Assembly (NCBI GenBank): GCA_963976765.1
Contig: CAXBME010000007.1
Span: forward strand, 1 to 64,000
Length of the DNA: 64,000 nt
DNA from: an uncultured Planctomycetaceae bacterium
Lineage (GTDB): Bacteria; Planctomycetota; Planctomycetia; Planctomycetales; Planctomycetaceae
Direction: 5' to 3'
The position numbers were made by a program, and so were the translations under genes. How positions within the stretch are numbered: position 1 is the first letter of the stretch; every line of letters begins with the position of its first letter. Of this stretch, positions 63,134 through 64,000 are shown piece after piece. Under the pieces are notes generated by a model. It did not search any database and was not told where the DNA came from. It worked only from the letters and a program-made list of their open reading frames with translations.

Positions 63134-64000
63134 ATGGACCAGCACATTTCGCGACAACTTAACCACGTCGTACGTCGTCTGATTCGCCTTCGACGCTGGC
63201 GGGCACTTAGTTGGATCTGGTCGGTGACTGCGCTGGCGAGCGCGATTCTCGTCATGATTCTGCCGGTGGGCGGTGCGACTGTCACTGTTTCGAACGTGCT
63301 GCTCGGAGCCGCCGTTCTGGGGTCACTCTGGATCTTGAGGCCCCGACGAGTTTCAGAAGGTGAGCGACTCGCGACAGCCCGACTGATTGAGCAACGCTGG
63401 CCGACGCTTAACCAGGGGCTACTGACGGTCATCGAGCAAACGCCGAGTTCTGCGATCGGTGGCTTCTCGTGGTTGCAGCAGGAACTGGCGACCGAAGTCC
63501 GATCTCACTCGTACGTTCACAAATGGAACGAGGGGGTTCCATCACGAAAGATTCTGATTCGAGTGCTGACCGCGATGTGTGCGATCATTTTGACATTCGC
63601 TCTGTCCAGTCAGGTCAGGACGGATCCTGAAACGTTGCTGGCGAGTGTCGACGGCGTGGCGTCTGGCGATCAACCGGTGACTTCGGATCTGGCCGATTTC
63701 AACGTGACGATCGAACCAGGTACGACCGAAATCGAACGTGGCACCGCTCTGCTGATCACAGCGACTTTCAAAGGGCGATTGCCGTCAACGGTGACGATGT
63801 TTCTGGTGGATGATCAGGTTGTGTCGAAGTCGGAGTTCACTGAAGGCACGAACGAAGACGACGAGAAGAGCGGCGGTCGACCGATGCGTCAGAGTCTGAA
63901 GGATCCGTTGTTCGGCACGCGGTTGCCCGTCGTTGATTCTTCCTTCGACTATCGGATTCAGTTCGACGATCAAACCAGCGATACATTTCGAATCAGCGTT
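63134..64000 (+). CDS. Large membrane protein of the MoxR/BatA operon, 3'-truncated
   Basis: GAGG RBS; frame MDQHISRQLNHVVRRL... with TM segments and an ARLIEQRWPTLNQGLLT motif; runs off the window edge and is not in the ORF track. Confidence 0.75.
   Translation, partial: MDQHISRQLNHVVRRLIRLRRWRALSWIWSVTALASAILVMILPVGGATVTVSNVLLGAAVLGSLWILRPRRVSEGERLATARLIEQRWPTLNQGLLTVIEQTPSSAIGGFSWLQQELATEVRSHSYVHKWNEGVPSRKILIRVLTAMCAIILTFALSSQVRTDPETLLASVDGVASGDQPVTSDLADFNVTIEPGTTEIERGTALLITATFKGRLPSTVTMFLVDDQVVSKSEFTEGTNEDDEKSGGRPMRQSLKDPLFGTRLPVVDSSFDYRIQFDDQTSDTFRISV

Overview
GC-rich, gene-dense chromosomal window from a planctomycete, judged from its DUF1592/DUF1552, DUF1559, DUF1080, PQQ-propeller, MfnB and MoxR/DUF58/BatA/DUF4159 genes. 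All family assignments are by motif recognition, not database search. About 45 CDS; no rRNA, tRNA, CRISPR or transposase seen. Top candidate for an undescribed system: a four-gene minus-strand RiPP-like operon (42226->39366). It encodes a 45-aa, signal-less, highly cationic precursor ending in SRCCCRCCRCCRCRR, a DUF692 multinuclear non-heme iron oxidase (MNIO), a translationally coupled partner with a winged-helix-like C-terminus, and a six-TM ABC-type membrane protein. Second candidate: a five-gene redox operon (24119->14404) with a cNMP-binding/4x[4Fe-4S] protein, a His-bearing membrane protein with 12 SPL[DE]-M repeats, a decaheme and two paralogous pentaheme cytochromes c, facing a divergent TlpA. 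Also present: a Cys/Pro-rich repeat CDS at the left edge missed by the ORF track, selB, an Hsp70 + J-like/GspE_N + cNMP-kinase trio, acpP-fabF, ahpC-ahpD-like, metY and dispersed GTAG-type REP-like palindromes.
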